Source: a virus | IMG/VR virus record: IMGVR_UViG_3300026488_000011 | Coordinates: 32,001-96,000 of that record | DNA: 64,000 nt | Strand: one strand, 5' to 3' | Part shown: in pieces, positions 37,670 to 48,415 of the stretch | Numbering within the stretch: position 1 is the first letter of the stretch | Layout: each line of letters opens with the position of its first letter | Position numbers and translations under genes: made by a program | The notes under the pieces: generated by a model | Databases searched by the model: none | What the model saw: the letters and a program-made list of their open reading frames with translations, nothing else | What the model was told of the DNA's origin: nothing

Positions 37670-38593
37670 ATGGCTATTAATGTAAATTCTAACAACGTAA
37701 CAGTAAGTGCATTTGAAGCAGTTACTAAAGATGGAGCTACTGAAACATGGGCTAGTAAACTACCTAGCGTTGACCTAAGACATGGTGGACAATGGGGATA
37801 TTTACCTTCTATAGGTGGAGTAAGAGACGGTAAAGCTATCCATTCATGGATGTACAATCAAAGATACATCAGAAGAGATATTATACCTGTAGTCTTACAA
37901 TCTCCTAGAGTATTTGACTTACTACCTAACAGTGAGTATTGGCATGCCGCGTATAAAGCACTATGGGAAAGACATGCTAGAATTATCGAGGGATTAAATT
38001 CTTCATTATCTGTAGAAGTAGGAGAAACTGATTTAGGCTTGGAAGGTGCTAGTCTTGAAGAACCTACTAACGTAACAAGAGAGAAAACAAATGTATCTAC
38101 TACATTAGACGAGAAGTATGGTAACCCTATCGAAGTACTAATCGACATCAACATTAGATTCGGGTTTATGGATCCTGACACTAAAGCACCGTTATTAACT
38201 ACTCTAGAGGGTGCTGAAAACATTGGCGTACATAGTCCTGAATGGTGGACAGGTACAGTATTATTTATAGAACCAGACGTGTTACAAAGAAATGTAGTGC
38301 ATTCATGGTTAGTGTCTAACTTATTCCCTAGAATGAATCCAGACATCATTGGTAAAAAAGAAAAGAAAGCTGCTAAGGAAATGAAAGAGATGACTATCGA
38401 CTGGGGTGGTCTGGCATTACCTCCGACTAACATCCATGTAAGAAACTTAGCACAAGAAATTCTTGACAATATGAAATTATACACATTAACACCAGATCAA
38501 ATCCTATTACCTGCTGATAAAGTTTCAGCAACATTATCTGGATTTAAAGATATGGATGTTTATTACCAAATGAATAACACTAATGAATCTTAA
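37670..38593 (+). CDS. tail tube protein (phiKZ gp30-like)
   Basis: HGGQWGYLP, NQRYIRR, EKYGNPI, WLVSNLFPR; directly follows the sheath gene. Confidence 0.85.
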   Translation: MAINVNSNNVTVSAFEAVTKDGATETWASKLPSVDLRHGGQWGYLPSIGGVRDGKAIHSWMYNQRYIRRDIIPVVLQSPRVFDLLPNSEYWHAAYKALWERHARIIEGLNSSLSVEVGETDLGLEGASLEEPTNVTREKTNVSTTLDEKYGNPIEVLIDINIRFGFMDPDTKAPLLTTLEGAENIGVHSPEWWTGTVLFIEPDVLQRNVVHSWLVSNLFPRMNPDIIGKKEKKAAKEMKEMTIDWGGLALPPTNIHVRNLAQEILDNMKLYTLTPDQILLPADKVSATLSGFKDMDVYYQMNNTNES

Positions 38594-38624
38594 TATCACA
38601 TAGGACTTATGTCCTATGTGATAT
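38593..38624 (+). terminator. terminator after tail tube
   Basis: 14-bp stem ATATCACATAGGAC/GTCCTATGTGATAT, then a T-rich tract. Confidence 0.8.
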
Positions 38625-38656
38625 AATTTTGTTTTTAATTAAAGAAAAAAAAAGAG

Positions 38657-38681
38657 TCACTAGAGGTTTAACCTCTAGTGA
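38657..38681 (-). terminator. terminator hairpin
   Basis: TCACTAGAGG/CCTCTAGTGA stem with a minus-strand T-run. Confidence 0.75.
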
Positions 38682-39114
38682 TTGCTTCTTCCAATTCGTC
38701 TCTAAGCTCTCTAATGTGTGATTTAGACACATGTGCCATTTGGGTAGACACTTTAACTTTAATAGAAGGCTTCTTAACAACTTTGTCTGTACCAGGAATT
38801 CTTACTTCCTTTTCTCTTTCTATAAAAACTTCAATTTTGTCACTTTTAACTAAGCCGTATGGCATTGCTGTCTCAATTCTCTTCACGTTTTTATCGCTAA
38901 AGATGCCTTTAGCTTCTTCTACTGTAGTATCCACCGCAGCCCTCACATATGACTGCATAACTTTTGTTACTTTCTTAAACTCTTTCTCAGTAACGTCATG
39001 CTCGTTCAAATAGTTTTTAAATACGTTTTCGTCTTTAGGCTTCACAACAGCCACGCCGTCATTTACCTCTACATCAAATTCTACACCGTTTAAAATCATT
39101 TTTTCTTTTGCCAT
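38668..39114 (-). CDS. hypothetical early protein (Lys/Val-rich; possible nucleoid protein)
   Basis: Likely start is the ATG at 39114 behind AAGGAG; TATATTAT box at 39148-39155. Confidence 0.7.
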   Translation of the reverse strand: MAKEKMILNGVEFDVEVNDGVAVVKPKDENVFKNYLNEHDVTEKEFKKVTKVMQSYVRAAVDTTVEEAKGIFSDKNVKRIETAMPYGLVKSDKIEVFIEREKEVRIPGTDKVVKKPSIKVKVSTQMAHVSKSHIRELRDELEEAITRG

Positions 39115-39224
39115 TATAGCTCCTTTTCTTGTTTTGTTTTCGACTAAATAATATACCAACAAAAAATCATGAATTCAATACCTCTTCTACACTGATCTCA
39201 TGAATATTAAATAAGGAGAAAAAT

Positions 39225-40283
39225 ATGGGAATCACTACGAACGACTTAAGCTTTGTTAAAGATATAAACAGTTCGTTTACAGATTTGATAAAAGCTACAG
39301 AAAATAAAAGCAATAAGACACCTAGTATAAATAAATTACCTAGTTATAAAATAAACAGTCTAGGTGGTTTAAAAGAGGTAGACAATAAAACGCTAGAGGC
39401 AGATCTTAAAACATCTGATATGATATCGATAGATGATATACGAGAAAACGTAAATGATTTACTAAAGAACGAAGAAGTTAGATTAATTTTAAAAGATGTG
39501 GTAAAAAACACTAGCATTGAATTAGACGCTACGACATTAGCTAAGATAAGATCCAGTCTAGTAGAAGAGGTAAGTAAGAAACTAGACGGCAATGAACTAA
39601 CGCTGAAAGCTAAGAATGACCTAAAAAGTCTAATTAAAAAATTATGTAATGGCTCCGGTAAGAACAGATTTAATCTAAATAAAAACTTAAAAGATATGTT
39701 AAAAGGTCTGGGTTTAGCCGAGTTATTAAAGCTTATAAGATGTATAGGCGATCCAGCTACTTATCTTACTAATATAGTAAATGGTTTAAAATCAGCTCCA
39801 AGTAAAGCTGGAAACATTGCGTTTAAATCAATACTCAAAACCGGTAAAATAGATTTTGCTAAAATCGGTAAGGTCGTATCCGATTCTACTATTAACGGAA
39901 TCGCCAAAACTAATCCTGGTGTAGGTAAACTTATATTAGAATCCAAAGTAATGAAGAACAAAGAAACCAGTAATCTCGATAGTGAAAGTAAAAAGATAAT
40001 ACTCAACAACAGCCTTTATGCTGCTAATGACGAAGTTTATAATTCAGATAAGACATGGTCGAGTTTTGCTAGTGATGTCGCTAAATATAAAACTAAAAAG
40101 ACAGCCAGCGGATTAAGCACAGATACATTAATTTCTGTATATAGCGGAATGAGTGTAAATGATTTTGATGATCCTACTTTTCATAAAACGAAAAGTAATG
40201 ATAAAAAACCTCAAGCTGTTAAAAATGAAACAGACTTTGTAAGTCAATTAGGTATTAAATTCAAAGAACAACAATTCGTATAA
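39225..40283 (+). CDS. putative virion structural protein (phiKZ gp99-like by synteny)
   Basis: 352 aa with AAGGAG RBS. Confidence 0.45.
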   Translation: MGITTNDLSFVKDINSSFTDLIKATENKSNKTPSINKLPSYKINSLGGLKEVDNKTLEADLKTSDMISIDDIRENVNDLLKNEEVRLILKDVVKNTSIELDATTLAKIRSSLVEEVSKKLDGNELTLKAKNDLKSLIKKLCNGSGKNRFNLNKNLKDMLKGLGLAELLKLIRCIGDPATYLTNIVNGLKSAPSKAGNIAFKSILKTGKIDFAKIGKVVSDSTINGIAKTNPGVGKLILESKVMKNKETSNLDSESKKIILNNSLYAANDEVYNSDKTWSSFASDVAKYKTKKTASGLSTDTLISVYSGMSVNDFDDPTFHKTKSNDKKPQAVKNETDFVSQLGIKFKEQQFV

Positions 40284-40294
40284 AAGGAAGTATT

Positions 40295-40717
40295 ATGAAG
40301 ATATGGGAAAAAGTTGATATAGAAGGATTATCATTAGCGGACAATTTGTCTGATAAAATGCTGGCGTTAATAGTAGCTAGCGATGCCGATAATTCAATAC
40401 TGAATTCAGTAGATACTACTGGAAATATAGAGTTTCTAAAAACTATAAACGAAAATGAAAATCTAGGACTGAACAATTCTATGTTAATGCTAGCTCACTT
40501 ATTAGGTGGCGGATATAAAGATATCTCATTAGGTTACTTAATATTATTCAAACAGATAGTCGATAGTTTAAAGAACAAGAATCAATTGCAAGTCTTAAAG
40601 ACACCTATTCCTCTAAGAAAGGAATTTAAGACAAAAGTACTGCCTCTATTGGAGAATGATGACATTGATTATTCACATATTTTTAAAAAATATAAAACTG
40701 GAGAGATAGGAGATTAA
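40295..40717 (+). CDS. hypothetical protein
   Basis: 140 aa, convergent with the gp101-like gene. Confidence 0.7.
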   Translation: MKIWEKVDIEGLSLADNLSDKMLALIVASDADNSILNSVDTTGNIEFLKTINENENLGLNNSMLMLAHLLGGGYKDISLGYLILFKQIVDSLKNKNQLQVLKTPIPLRKEFKTKVLPLLENDDIDYSHIFKKYKTGEIGD

Positions 40718-40730
40718 TCTCCTATCTCTC
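40701..40730. terminator. perfect 30-bp palindrome between convergent genes
   Basis: GAGAGATAGGAGATT/AATCTCCTATCTCTC. Confidence 0.75.
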
Positions 40731-42818
40731 TTATTGATTTTCTATATAGTTTACAGATTTATTCTCAAGAATATCTTTTACAAAGTCTGGCGTAATATCG
40801 TATAATTTTGCAGCAGTATAACTATTGCTAAATACTTTATCTACATTAGCTTTCATTCTAGCTAAGTTTAATTTAGCTTGTGGTACGAAAAACGTACTAT
40901 CGTTTAGATTTCTAGCTGCCAGAGTAGATATAAATCTATTAATAGCTGAATCTTGATTAAAGCTAGTAAATGCTTCCATACCTATATCTGTCACAATTGG
41001 TACTGTCATTATCTTGCTAAAGTCAGTAACTGTGAAGGTAACATCAATTGCTAGCGGTCTGCGCTGTTTATTAAACGGAAGATTAGATACTCCTCTTTCT
41101 ATTGTTAATGAAGTAATCATACCCAACTTAATATTATCATAACCTCTTAAAAACATACTGCATAAGAATGGAGACGTATAACTAGATGGTCCTGTAGCTC
41201 TAGGTAATGCTCCCGCCATCAATGCCGCTAAAGGTATATAAATATTTCTTAGCTGACTAATAGGATTTCCGTAAGGAGATATTAACCTAATTTTAAATGT
41301 ATGTTCTGGGAAGCTAGCACTGCTGTCTATCCATCTTTTAGGTATGTCTAAATTAGCATTACCTAAAAGAGCTGTCAGTACATTCGATAATCCAAACGTA
41401 ATTTGATCCAGCGCACCCATAGCAAAGTCTTTTAGTCCTTTTATTAAATCATCTACACCGGGCAATACACCTCCGGCTAAATCATATTTTAAAGATTTAG
41501 ATTTACTACCAATTGATTTTAACATACCTTCTAATTCAATATCTCCTACTTCGTTATTAAAAGATACTGATACTGGTCCAGGATTTTCTACTCTGAAAAC
41601 TGCATACGTAGCACCTCCTTCTAACATGGCTTTATAATGGTCAAATACACTATTTAATTTTTCAGGATCATCCATAGGAGTATTACCTCTATCAATTCTA
41701 CCCTCTTTGTCGTAAACTTCGACTTCGCCTGGTAGTTTATCTTTAATAGTAACAGAATTAGATTTAGGTTCTTCTTTACCATATTGCCACGATTTAGATA
41801 ATGTTTCTCTCACGTACTTAAAGTAATCAGATTTTTTCTCTCTAACATGTATAGGAGCTTCTAATAACTCTCTTGCTAGTCTTTTTACATCAGGAGCTTT
41901 TTGACTAGCTTCGTATAGCTCCATTTCTTTCTTATGCATATACGCTGCTAATCTCTGAGTCTTAGTGATCATAGAGAATACGTCTATGTAATTGTCTCCT
42001 GTTATTATATCAGGCATGTATTGTCTAATAAACCTCAAGTCTTCGTCGTCTAGTTTAATAGGTAATCCGAGTTTATTCTTATCAGCCTTACCAAACATAG
42101 GGCTGATTAAACCTAACTCAGTAGCAAACATAGTTACTAATGAATTCACGCTAGACCAGTATTCAAACATAGCAGGCTTCATATGGTAATAACTAAATCT
42201 ACCAGGCCCTGCCACTACATCGTAAATAGTGGATAATGTCTTTCTTAATACTACTGCTGCTAGGCCTACCACACCAAATCCCATAGTAATAGCGACTATC
42301 CCATATATCTGACCTAGATTATACATAAATGGGCTTCTGCCTTCATTAGCTATTACCGATTGTTTATAATCGGCTGCATTAAGAATAAATGTAAACAAGT
42401 TATTAAACTCAGGCACTCCAAATGTCATAAAGACATCAAAACTATTATCATCTATAACTTCTCCGTAGTATCTACCCATACCTATATTACCGCTAATATT
42501 ATTGACAGTTACTTCATTTCTACTACTCAATCTTCCCTTTAATCTAATATCTGAATATCTAGTAAATTGCGGATAAACATTTATAGGTATATTACCTCCT
42601 AAACTAGTATCCGTAAATTTGGTTTCAGTAATGGACCAGTATCTATTAAATTTATCCTCTTCTGTTAGTTCAGTAGACTTTACCATAAATGAATCAAATA
42701 CCCACTCATCGTCATTAGGTTCTACTTCGTCACCGATATATGAGGAAGTATTTCTATATTTTCTTATTACGTAATCGTCTTCTAAAAGACTATCGACATC
42801 GTTTAAAAAGTCATTCAT
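40731..42818 (-). CDS. baseplate/tail structural protein (phiKZ gp101-like)
   Basis: KFTDTSLGGN...PQFT, GMGRYYGEVIDDN, LISPYGNP, TGPSSYTSPF motifs. Confidence 0.55.
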   Translation of the reverse strand: MNDFLNDVDSLLEDDYVIRKYRNTSSYIGDEVEPNDDEWVFDSFMVKSTELTEEDKFNRYWSITETKFTDTSLGGNIPINVYPQFTRYSDIRLKGRLSSRNEVTVNNISGNIGMGRYYGEVIDDNSFDVFMTFGVPEFNNLFTFILNAADYKQSVIANEGRSPFMYNLGQIYGIVAITMGFGVVGLAAVVLRKTLSTIYDVVAGPGRFSYYHMKPAMFEYWSSVNSLVTMFATELGLISPMFGKADKNKLGLPIKLDDEDLRFIRQYMPDIITGDNYIDVFSMITKTQRLAAYMHKKEMELYEASQKAPDVKRLARELLEAPIHVREKKSDYFKYVRETLSKSWQYGKEEPKSNSVTIKDKLPGEVEVYDKEGRIDRGNTPMDDPEKLNSVFDHYKAMLEGGATYAVFRVENPGPVSVSFNNEVGDIELEGMLKSIGSKSKSLKYDLAGGVLPGVDDLIKGLKDFAMGALDQITFGLSNVLTALLGNANLDIPKRWIDSSASFPEHTFKIRLISPYGNPISQLRNIYIPLAALMAGALPRATGPSSYTSPFLCSMFLRGYDNIKLGMITSLTIERGVSNLPFNKQRRPLAIDVTFTVTDFSKIMTVPIVTDIGMEAFTSFNQDSAINRFISTLAARNLNDSTFFVPQAKLNLARMKANVDKVFSNSYTAAKLYDITPDFVKDILENKSVNYIENQ

Positions 42819-42859
42819 TCCTTACTCCTTAAGTTCTATATTCACAAAAAAGCAAACCA

Positions 42860-42885
42860 CAGTGACGTAGATATCTACATCACTG
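42860..42885 (-). terminator. terminator ending the PhuZ operon
   Basis: Near-perfect stem (G-U on the minus strand) at the stop of 42880-43284. Confidence 0.6.
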
Positions 42886-43284
42886 AGTTAGTGTTGATTT
42901 TAATTCTACATCCACCTTATAACCTAATGCCGCTATCATATTCTTTATATTAATAGCATCTTCATTAGTGATATTTCTGATTGTGAAAATAGCATCTACC
43001 TGATCTATCGCGATAATACTACTAGGAACAATCCAGTCATTTGCTAACACAACTGTCTTGCCATCCATTGTCTCAAACATCGTATATAGTACATCACGAG
43101 GATTTAATAGTTCTGCGGATGTCTCTTGTATAATAGCCTCCCTAATACTTATCACATCTGAAAACTTAATAGCTATATTAAAATCTACATTTGCTATAGC
43201 TTTTACGTTATTATATGTTTGACCTAGAGTAACAGGTGCTATGGTCGTAAAATTATATCTTTTACCTACTTCGAATAAAGCCAT
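42880..43284 (-). CDS. small conserved phiKZ-like protein
   Basis: 134 aa; G-x-x-Y-x-F-x-T-x-A-P-x-x-L-G N-terminal pattern. Confidence 0.65.
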   Translation of the reverse strand: MALFEVGKRYNFTTIAPVTLGQTYNNVKAIANVDFNIAIKFSDVISIREAIIQETSAELLNPRDVLYTMFETMDGKTVVLANDWIVPSSIIAIDQVDAIFTIRNITNEDAINIKNMIAALGYKVDVELKSTLTQ

Positions 43285-43333
43285 TTTATCTCCTTACTAT
43301 TTTACCTTTTATCAGAAAAAAGAAAATAACAGT

Positions 43334-43705
43334 CTAGGAACTGTGGTCCCAGACATAAGTTATCTTAGCTATCTTACCATTTACCTCTACAGAAGTAATT
43401 ACAGGATTTTTAAGATGCTGTGTTAATTGTTTAAACTTTGTAATTATATTCCTCCATACAGTATCGGCTATCCTATAACATAATATTGTTTCATTGGCTG
43501 TATCTATCTCTAATCCCAACGATTCAATAGCTTTACATACTACGTCGTCAAAGTCTACCTCTTTTTCAGGAATGTTATCCAATAGCTGGAATATAAAGAA
43601 CGACTTATCGTATGTAGAAGTTAAGCCAAGAGTCCTTAACACATTGACTAGTACTGTAGGTATGTTTATTACCAATATACCTTTATCTCTATTTACTCTC
43701 CTCAT
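43334..43705 (-). CDS. hypothetical protein (PhuZ operon)
   Basis: 123 aa, coupled overlap with the upstream gene. Confidence 0.7.
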   Translation of the reverse strand: MRRVNRDKGILVINIPTVLVNVLRTLGLTSTYDKSFFIFQLLDNIPEKEVDFDDVVCKAIESLGLEIDTANETILCYRIADTVWRNIITKFKQLTQHLKNPVITSVEVNGKIAKITYVWDHSS

Positions 43706-44178
43706 TTCTTATGTCCTCCTTTTATTACAAGTATTACTAGTCTAGCATCATCCAACCATTTGTACGGTAATATAGCCTTGACCACTGTTTGCGCCCTAGA
43801 CATTACATCTATTATTATACGATGTAATAATGTTTTATCAGTAAGGACATTTTTTATTTTTAATTGTTCGTCCTCATTGCTTAAAGTAAAATCATTATCG
43901 AACCTAATTTCTTCTATTATGTCACTTATCACGCCTTGATAGTGGATATAGTCATAATTTAGGTTGTATGGATTGTCATACGACAATAATACAAGATGTT
44001 CGATTACGTGCCGTATTAGTCTCTCATCAAGACCATAATGCGTAGTGAGTCTTTTATAAATAGGATTTACATCCAAAACTATTAACTCACTATCGTATTC
44101 ATCGTTGTCTTCTACATATTCTAGCAGATTCTCTTCTAATAAGCTAGATATAGATTCGGAATGTATGCTAGGTCTCAT
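43702..44178 (-). CDS. hypothetical protein (PhuZ operon)
   Basis: 158 aa, acidic. Confidence 0.7.
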   Translation of the reverse strand: MRPSIHSESISSLLEENLLEYVEDNDEYDSELIVLDVNPIYKRLTTHYGLDERLIRHVIEHLVLLSYDNPYNLNYDYIHYQGVISDIIEEIRFDNDFTLSNEDEQLKIKNVLTDKTLLHRIIIDVMSRAQTVVKAILPYKWLDDARLVILVIKGGHKK

Positions 44179-44701
44179 TTACTTCTCCGAACAACAGATA
44201 ATCATAGACCCACATCACTGGTATGAACATACTGGTATCTATTTCTTTGGTTATTCCTGCGATTAAATCAAATCTATATCTTTCGTTTGTACGTAACACG
44301 TGGTTATTTATAAATCGATTTATGGCTACCTCTAACCTATTCATAAGTTTATTGGCGGAAGAATAAGGCAACTCAACTAACCCAGGATCCAACATCAATC
44401 TTAGCTCTCCTAAAAGAGCTTTCTTCCAATCTTCGAGTTGTCCGGGATGAGTCAATTCGTAATACTCGATTGCTAACATGTATTCCAACATCACTCTGCC
44501 TCTAAATAAGTCAAACTCCGTCCTGTATTTATCAGATAGTGTTAATTGGTTATCACATACATTTGTTTCTAATCTAATACCATCACAAACTTTACTTAAA
44601 TTTAATGTCTTTAGACTCACAAAGTTATTAGCTCTGTGTTCTATCAGTTCAGCTAGAGTAAGAGTGTATAGTCTTAACCTACCTTTTAAACCTCTTAACA
44701 T
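44168..44701 (-). CDS. hypothetical protein (PhuZ operon)
   Basis: 177 aa with AGGAGGTG RBS. Confidence 0.75.
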   Translation of the reverse strand: MLRGLKGRLRLYTLTLAELIEHRANNFVSLKTLNLSKVCDGIRLETNVCDNQLTLSDKYRTEFDLFRGRVMLEYMLAIEYYELTHPGQLEDWKKALLGELRLMLDPGLVELPYSSANKLMNRLEVAINRFINNHVLRTNERYRFDLIAGITKEIDTSMFIPVMWVYDYLLFGEVNET

Positions 44702-44713
44702 GTTCCACCTCCT

Positions 44714-45214
44714 TTATTCAATTCCTAGCACAAGATAATTCTCTACCCAACCCAATGGTAATAAATTTTTATGTGGTACAAAAGACAGTTGGTTCTTAAG
44801 CCTAAATGCTAACGGATAAAAGACCTCATCTATTAACCTAAGTATAAATCTGAGAAGTTCCGGTCTATAATCTTCAGACGTCAGATAGACTTGTATAGAC
44901 GGAGAGTAAAACTCTGTTAAAGAAATGGCATCATTTATTTCGTTTAAGAAATCATGCATATAAGATTTCTTTAAATTATCCAGATATCCTGGTTCAAAAT
45001 CATGCAGAGCTAATTCCTCTATTACTGCCTTAGCGATAAAAATTATCATTTGGTAAACTTCTATATTAGCGTCAAATTCTCTAGACGTTAACTCACCTAT
45101 TTTCTCTAGAGGTGAGTTTAAGTTTAATACTCTGTACTCTCTAATGTTTAACGGCTGTAATGCTTCGTAAATATATTCTGTAGCTATCTTTGAATTTAGT
45201 CTTAGATTATGCAT
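44714..45214 (-). CDS. hypothetical protein (PhuZ operon)
   Basis: 166 aa with AAGGAGG RBS. Confidence 0.75.
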   Translation of the reverse strand: MHNLRLNSKIATEYIYEALQPLNIREYRVLNLNSPLEKIGELTSREFDANIEVYQMIIFIAKAVIEELALHDFEPGYLDNLKKSYMHDFLNEINDAISLTEFYSPSIQVYLTSEDYRPELLRFILRLIDEVFYPLAFRLKNQLSFVPHKNLLPLGWVENYLVLGIE

Positions 45215-45230
45215 TTCCCCTCCTTATATT

Positions 45231-45557
45231 TCATTCGTAATAGACTCCTAATTCCACGGCTAATCTTCCTTCATCCTCTATATAATTTAGAACTCTAATA
45301 TCTTTGAACTCATACCTTACCTTACCTACGTTAGACTGTATATATTTATCGAGCGATGTCGTGAATAATGATAATACATCGTATTTAGGCGTAGTTTTTA
45401 ATTTATTCTTAACACTATCGATGTATTTCTCGATGGTTTCTGCGTAGTCTGGATATTGATAATGTTGAATCAATACGTGTTCTGTCTTAACATTATCTAC
45501 TATTGTAAAAAAATAAGACCTAAAGTGAGTTAGGTCTAAATAGACCTTTTCTACCAT
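45231..45557 (-). CDS. hypothetical protein (PhuZ operon)
   Basis: 108 aa. Confidence 0.7.
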   Translation of the reverse strand: MVEKVYLDLTHFRSYFFTIVDNVKTEHVLIQHYQYPDYAETIEKYIDSVKNKLKTTPKYDVLSLFTTSLDKYIQSNVGKVRYEFKDIRVLNYIEDEGRLAVELGVYYE

Positions 45558-46042
45558 TTTAGGTCTCCTATTATTAACACCTTAAATATAGTATCAGCCA
45601 CGTCATAGACGATGGCTGCGTTAGTAGGTATCTCGTCTTCTATGATTTTAAATCTACCATATACATAATCCGATTTTGTCACGGTAGATATTTTGTAATA
45701 AAACCTCGCTCTGATATCTAAAATTTCTGAAGCTATTTTTTCTTCATCCTTTATCTCTACCGTTAAGAAACGAGATCTAGCTTCTTCTGCTAGCGTGTAT
45801 TTAAAAGACAGTACAAATTCTCTAGCTTCAAAATCCTGACCAATGTATAGTAACTTTAGTATTATCGATTCTCTAACAGAATCAATAATGTCTTTTTCAA
45901 ACTCTTTCTTGTAATCTAAGGCAGGTAAAAATCTTTCCGCCTGTATTGGAAAGTTTATAGCTACCACGCCCTTTAACAGATCCTTTGGTATTTTGCTTAC
46001 ATAATTTTCCAGTAAGTCAGTACTGAAAATATAGTTAAACAT
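45551..46042 (-). CDS. hypothetical protein (PhuZ operon)
   Basis: 163 aa with AAGGAG RBS. Confidence 0.75.
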   Translation of the reverse strand: MFNYIFSTDLLENYVSKIPKDLLKGVVAINFPIQAERFLPALDYKKEFEKDIIDSVRESIILKLLYIGQDFEAREFVLSFKYTLAEEARSRFLTVEIKDEEKIASEILDIRARFYYKISTVTKSDYVYGRFKIIEDEIPTNAAIVYDVADTIFKVLIIGDLKW

Positions 46043-46052
46043 GCTTTCTCCT

Positions 46053-46781
46053 TTAAGTCTCTTTATTCAACAACTTTAATACACTGTTTAGAAGATATCT
46101 TCTGCTACTAGGAGAAGGTAAAATATCTATCTTAAACATTTCTTCACTAGTATAAATCCTAAACGTATTGTGTTCATGTCCTCTTAAAACATTATAGACG
46201 GATTCTCTTATATTGGAAATACAACTAGGCATATGATCTATAAATTCTGGGTTAAAGCCCAACGATAGGATGTATTGTTCAATGGTCTCTATGTCCCTTA
46301 TATCGGAATGCAAGAATACGTCATTACTTATACCCATTATATCTTCATAAATCAAGTCTACTTCCGGATTATTCATTTCCATAAACTTTATTACGAAGTA
46401 TTCAGATATTAGCTGGATCATATGTCTAGCTGATATATACGGTCTTATCGAACCCACATCCTCGTATGTTAAAGGTTCTTTTCTGGTAAAAATGGTATTA
46501 CCAGATAATAGAAACTTCTTTACTTCTTCTATATCTTTAAATATCATAGATCCGGTATTTGTATAAACTGGTGTGTTGAATAGGAATACCAATTCCTCTC
46601 CGGTAAATATTCCCTCGTTCATCATGAATTTATTTGGATTAGAAGATACTACAAAATGTTGTAACCTCTTTTGACACATAGGAATGGGTACCACGAGACT
46701 TTTGGTGTTATCATATGCTGAGTTATCAATAGCAGGACTAGTAGGTGTTAGTCTCAAGGTTATGGGCAATTTTCTCCACAT
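46053..46781 (-). CDS. hypothetical protein (PhuZ operon)
   Basis: 242 aa with AAGGAG RBS. Confidence 0.75.
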   Translation of the reverse strand: MWRKLPITLRLTPTSPAIDNSAYDNTKSLVVPIPMCQKRLQHFVVSSNPNKFMMNEGIFTGEELVFLFNTPVYTNTGSMIFKDIEEVKKFLLSGNTIFTRKEPLTYEDVGSIRPYISARHMIQLISEYFVIKFMEMNNPEVDLIYEDIMGISNDVFLHSDIRDIETIEQYILSLGFNPEFIDHMPSCISNIRESVYNVLRGHEHNTFRIYTSEEMFKIDILPSPSSRRYLLNSVLKLLNKET

Positions 46782-46783
46782 GA

Positions 46784-47068
46784 TTACTCCTTTACATCAA
46801 AAACTAGTACTAGAAAAGTATCCCTGAAAAACTTATCCGTGACAACTATATCGGAGTACTTACTCAATACTGACAAAATATTCCAGATTTTAGTACTTAG
46901 TTTAGTATAAGTTTTTTCTTCTAATTTTACAGGGCCTTTTTCATAGACACTAATCTGTGGAAACATTTCTCCCAACAGTTTACTGACTATAAAGACTACT
47001 TCCTCCCTACTATGTCCAGCGTTAAAAGCACACTCCATATCTATAGCTATTATAATCTTCATACTCAT
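46784..47068 (-). CDS. hypothetical protein (PhuZ operon)
   Basis: 94 aa with AAGGA RBS. Confidence 0.7.
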   Translation of the reverse strand: MSMKIIIAIDMECAFNAGHSREEVVFIVSKLLGEMFPQISVYEKGPVKLEEKTYTKLSTKIWNILSVLSKYSDIVVTDKFFRDTFLVLVFDVKE

Positions 47069-47125
47069 CCTTTAACAAAAAATAATATCGCTATACAGAC
47101 TCAAGAGAGTCTGCTAGCGTTATTT

Positions 47126-48151
47126 TTATAACACCAACCCATCGTCTTCTAAGCTATCTTCCAGCTGATCAAAAGTAGAAGACTGGGTGACTTTTAATTT
47201 CTCTAACTCTTTATGTCTATAACTAAGATTTTCTAAATCTGTATTTAATTCGTTCTTTTTAAAAGTCAGATAGAGCGGAAATACCTTATCTCCAAAGATT
47301 TCCTTATGCTCCTCTGTAATAACGCCTACCTTGTTATGTAGAAGAGGTACTTCTATCTTGTAGTCTTTAATAGACGGCAATAGAGCTGTCCGAGCTAAGA
47401 TAGCGTTATAGTCGTCTAATATTCCTATTTTAGTTCCTAATTTATAAATACCGGGTTCTACTGTGAAACTCTTATATCTAGTGGGAATAAAGAAGTTATT
47501 CATGTCTTGGTGATCTATATCCTGCATAGTACCTGATATAAACATAGAAACCAGCGAAAGATATCTCAGGATGTTTCTATTTACTTCCTTTTCAGATTTA
47601 GGACTAGTTGAACCTTGTATGCTATTGCTAAAGTAAACTATACCTTGCGCAGTATTTGTCAACTTAGCCAATTTATTAAGACCTACTAAAGTGTTGATTG
47701 TATTTGTTACCGCTAATAAATTTGATTCATCTCCGACCACCACTGGGATAGTGGTCAAATCTTTTGCTCTCATGTATTTGAACAATAGCGATCCAATAAT
47801 ACTACCAGAACCGCCACTAGCACTATTAATGATTACATGGTATTCGTTTTTATTAGGTTTGATAGAATCTACGTAAGGTTTAATATTCTCTTCGATATCT
47901 TTAACTAAACCTACGTCTTTTCTTTCACCAGACATACCATCCAGAGCTTCTTTAGAGAATCTTTTAGATGTTACTTTTAAGAAACTCTCTGTTAAACTAC
48001 TGTATTTAGACACAGTTTTATCAGTCGTATCTAAAGAATTTACCTCCACTTCCGAAAATGAGCTTCCTAACGTTCTTAACTCCTCTATTATATCAGCAGT
48101 AATATTAATACCGGCTCCTCCGCATGCATGGATAATCATTTTACCTCTCAT
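47126..48151 (-). CDS. phuZ: PhuZ phage tubulin (spindle protein)
   Basis: N-terminal ACGGAGINI, tubulin signature SASGGSGS, acidic C-terminal tail ending DDGLVL as in PhuZ proteins. Confidence 0.9.
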   Translation of the reverse strand: MRGKMIIHACGGAGINITADIIEELRTLGSSFSEVEVNSLDTTDKTVSKYSSLTESFLKVTSKRFSKEALDGMSGERKDVGLVKDIEENIKPYVDSIKPNKNEYHVIINSASGGSGSIIGSLLFKYMRAKDLTTIPVVVGDESNLLAVTNTINTLVGLNKLAKLTNTAQGIVYFSNSIQGSTSPKSEKEVNRNILRYLSLVSMFISGTMQDIDHQDMNNFFIPTRYKSFTVEPGIYKLGTKIGILDDYNAILARTALLPSIKDYKIEVPLLHNKVGVITEEHKEIFGDKVFPLYLTFKKNELNTDLENLSYRHKELEKLKVTQSSTFDQLEDSLEDDGLVL

Positions 48152-48213
48152 TGTTTCTCCTTTTTTTCGATTTTACTTTGTTTTAACAAAGTGTAAATAA
48201 TTTTGTTTAAATT

Positions 48214-48414
48214 CTAACTCTGTGCAAATGATTTATTTTTTTCTAGATCTTTTTTAGTGTATTTAACGATGCCTACATCATCGTATCCTTTTTCCAGCCA
48301 AAGTAACGCGATCTTATTAGCTTCTTTTAGAGTTACTAAATAATCATTGACTTCTACACCACCTACAAACACAGAATATCTTTTTTCTTTCATAAGTTTA
48401 CTATTTTTAGACAT
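48214..48414 (-). CDS. hypothetical protein
   Basis: 66 aa with AAGGAG RBS. Confidence 0.65.
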   Translation of the reverse strand: MSKNSKLMKEKRYSVFVGGVEVNDYLVTLKEANKIALLWLEKGYDDVGIVKYTKKDLEKNKSFAQS

Positions 48415-48415
48415 A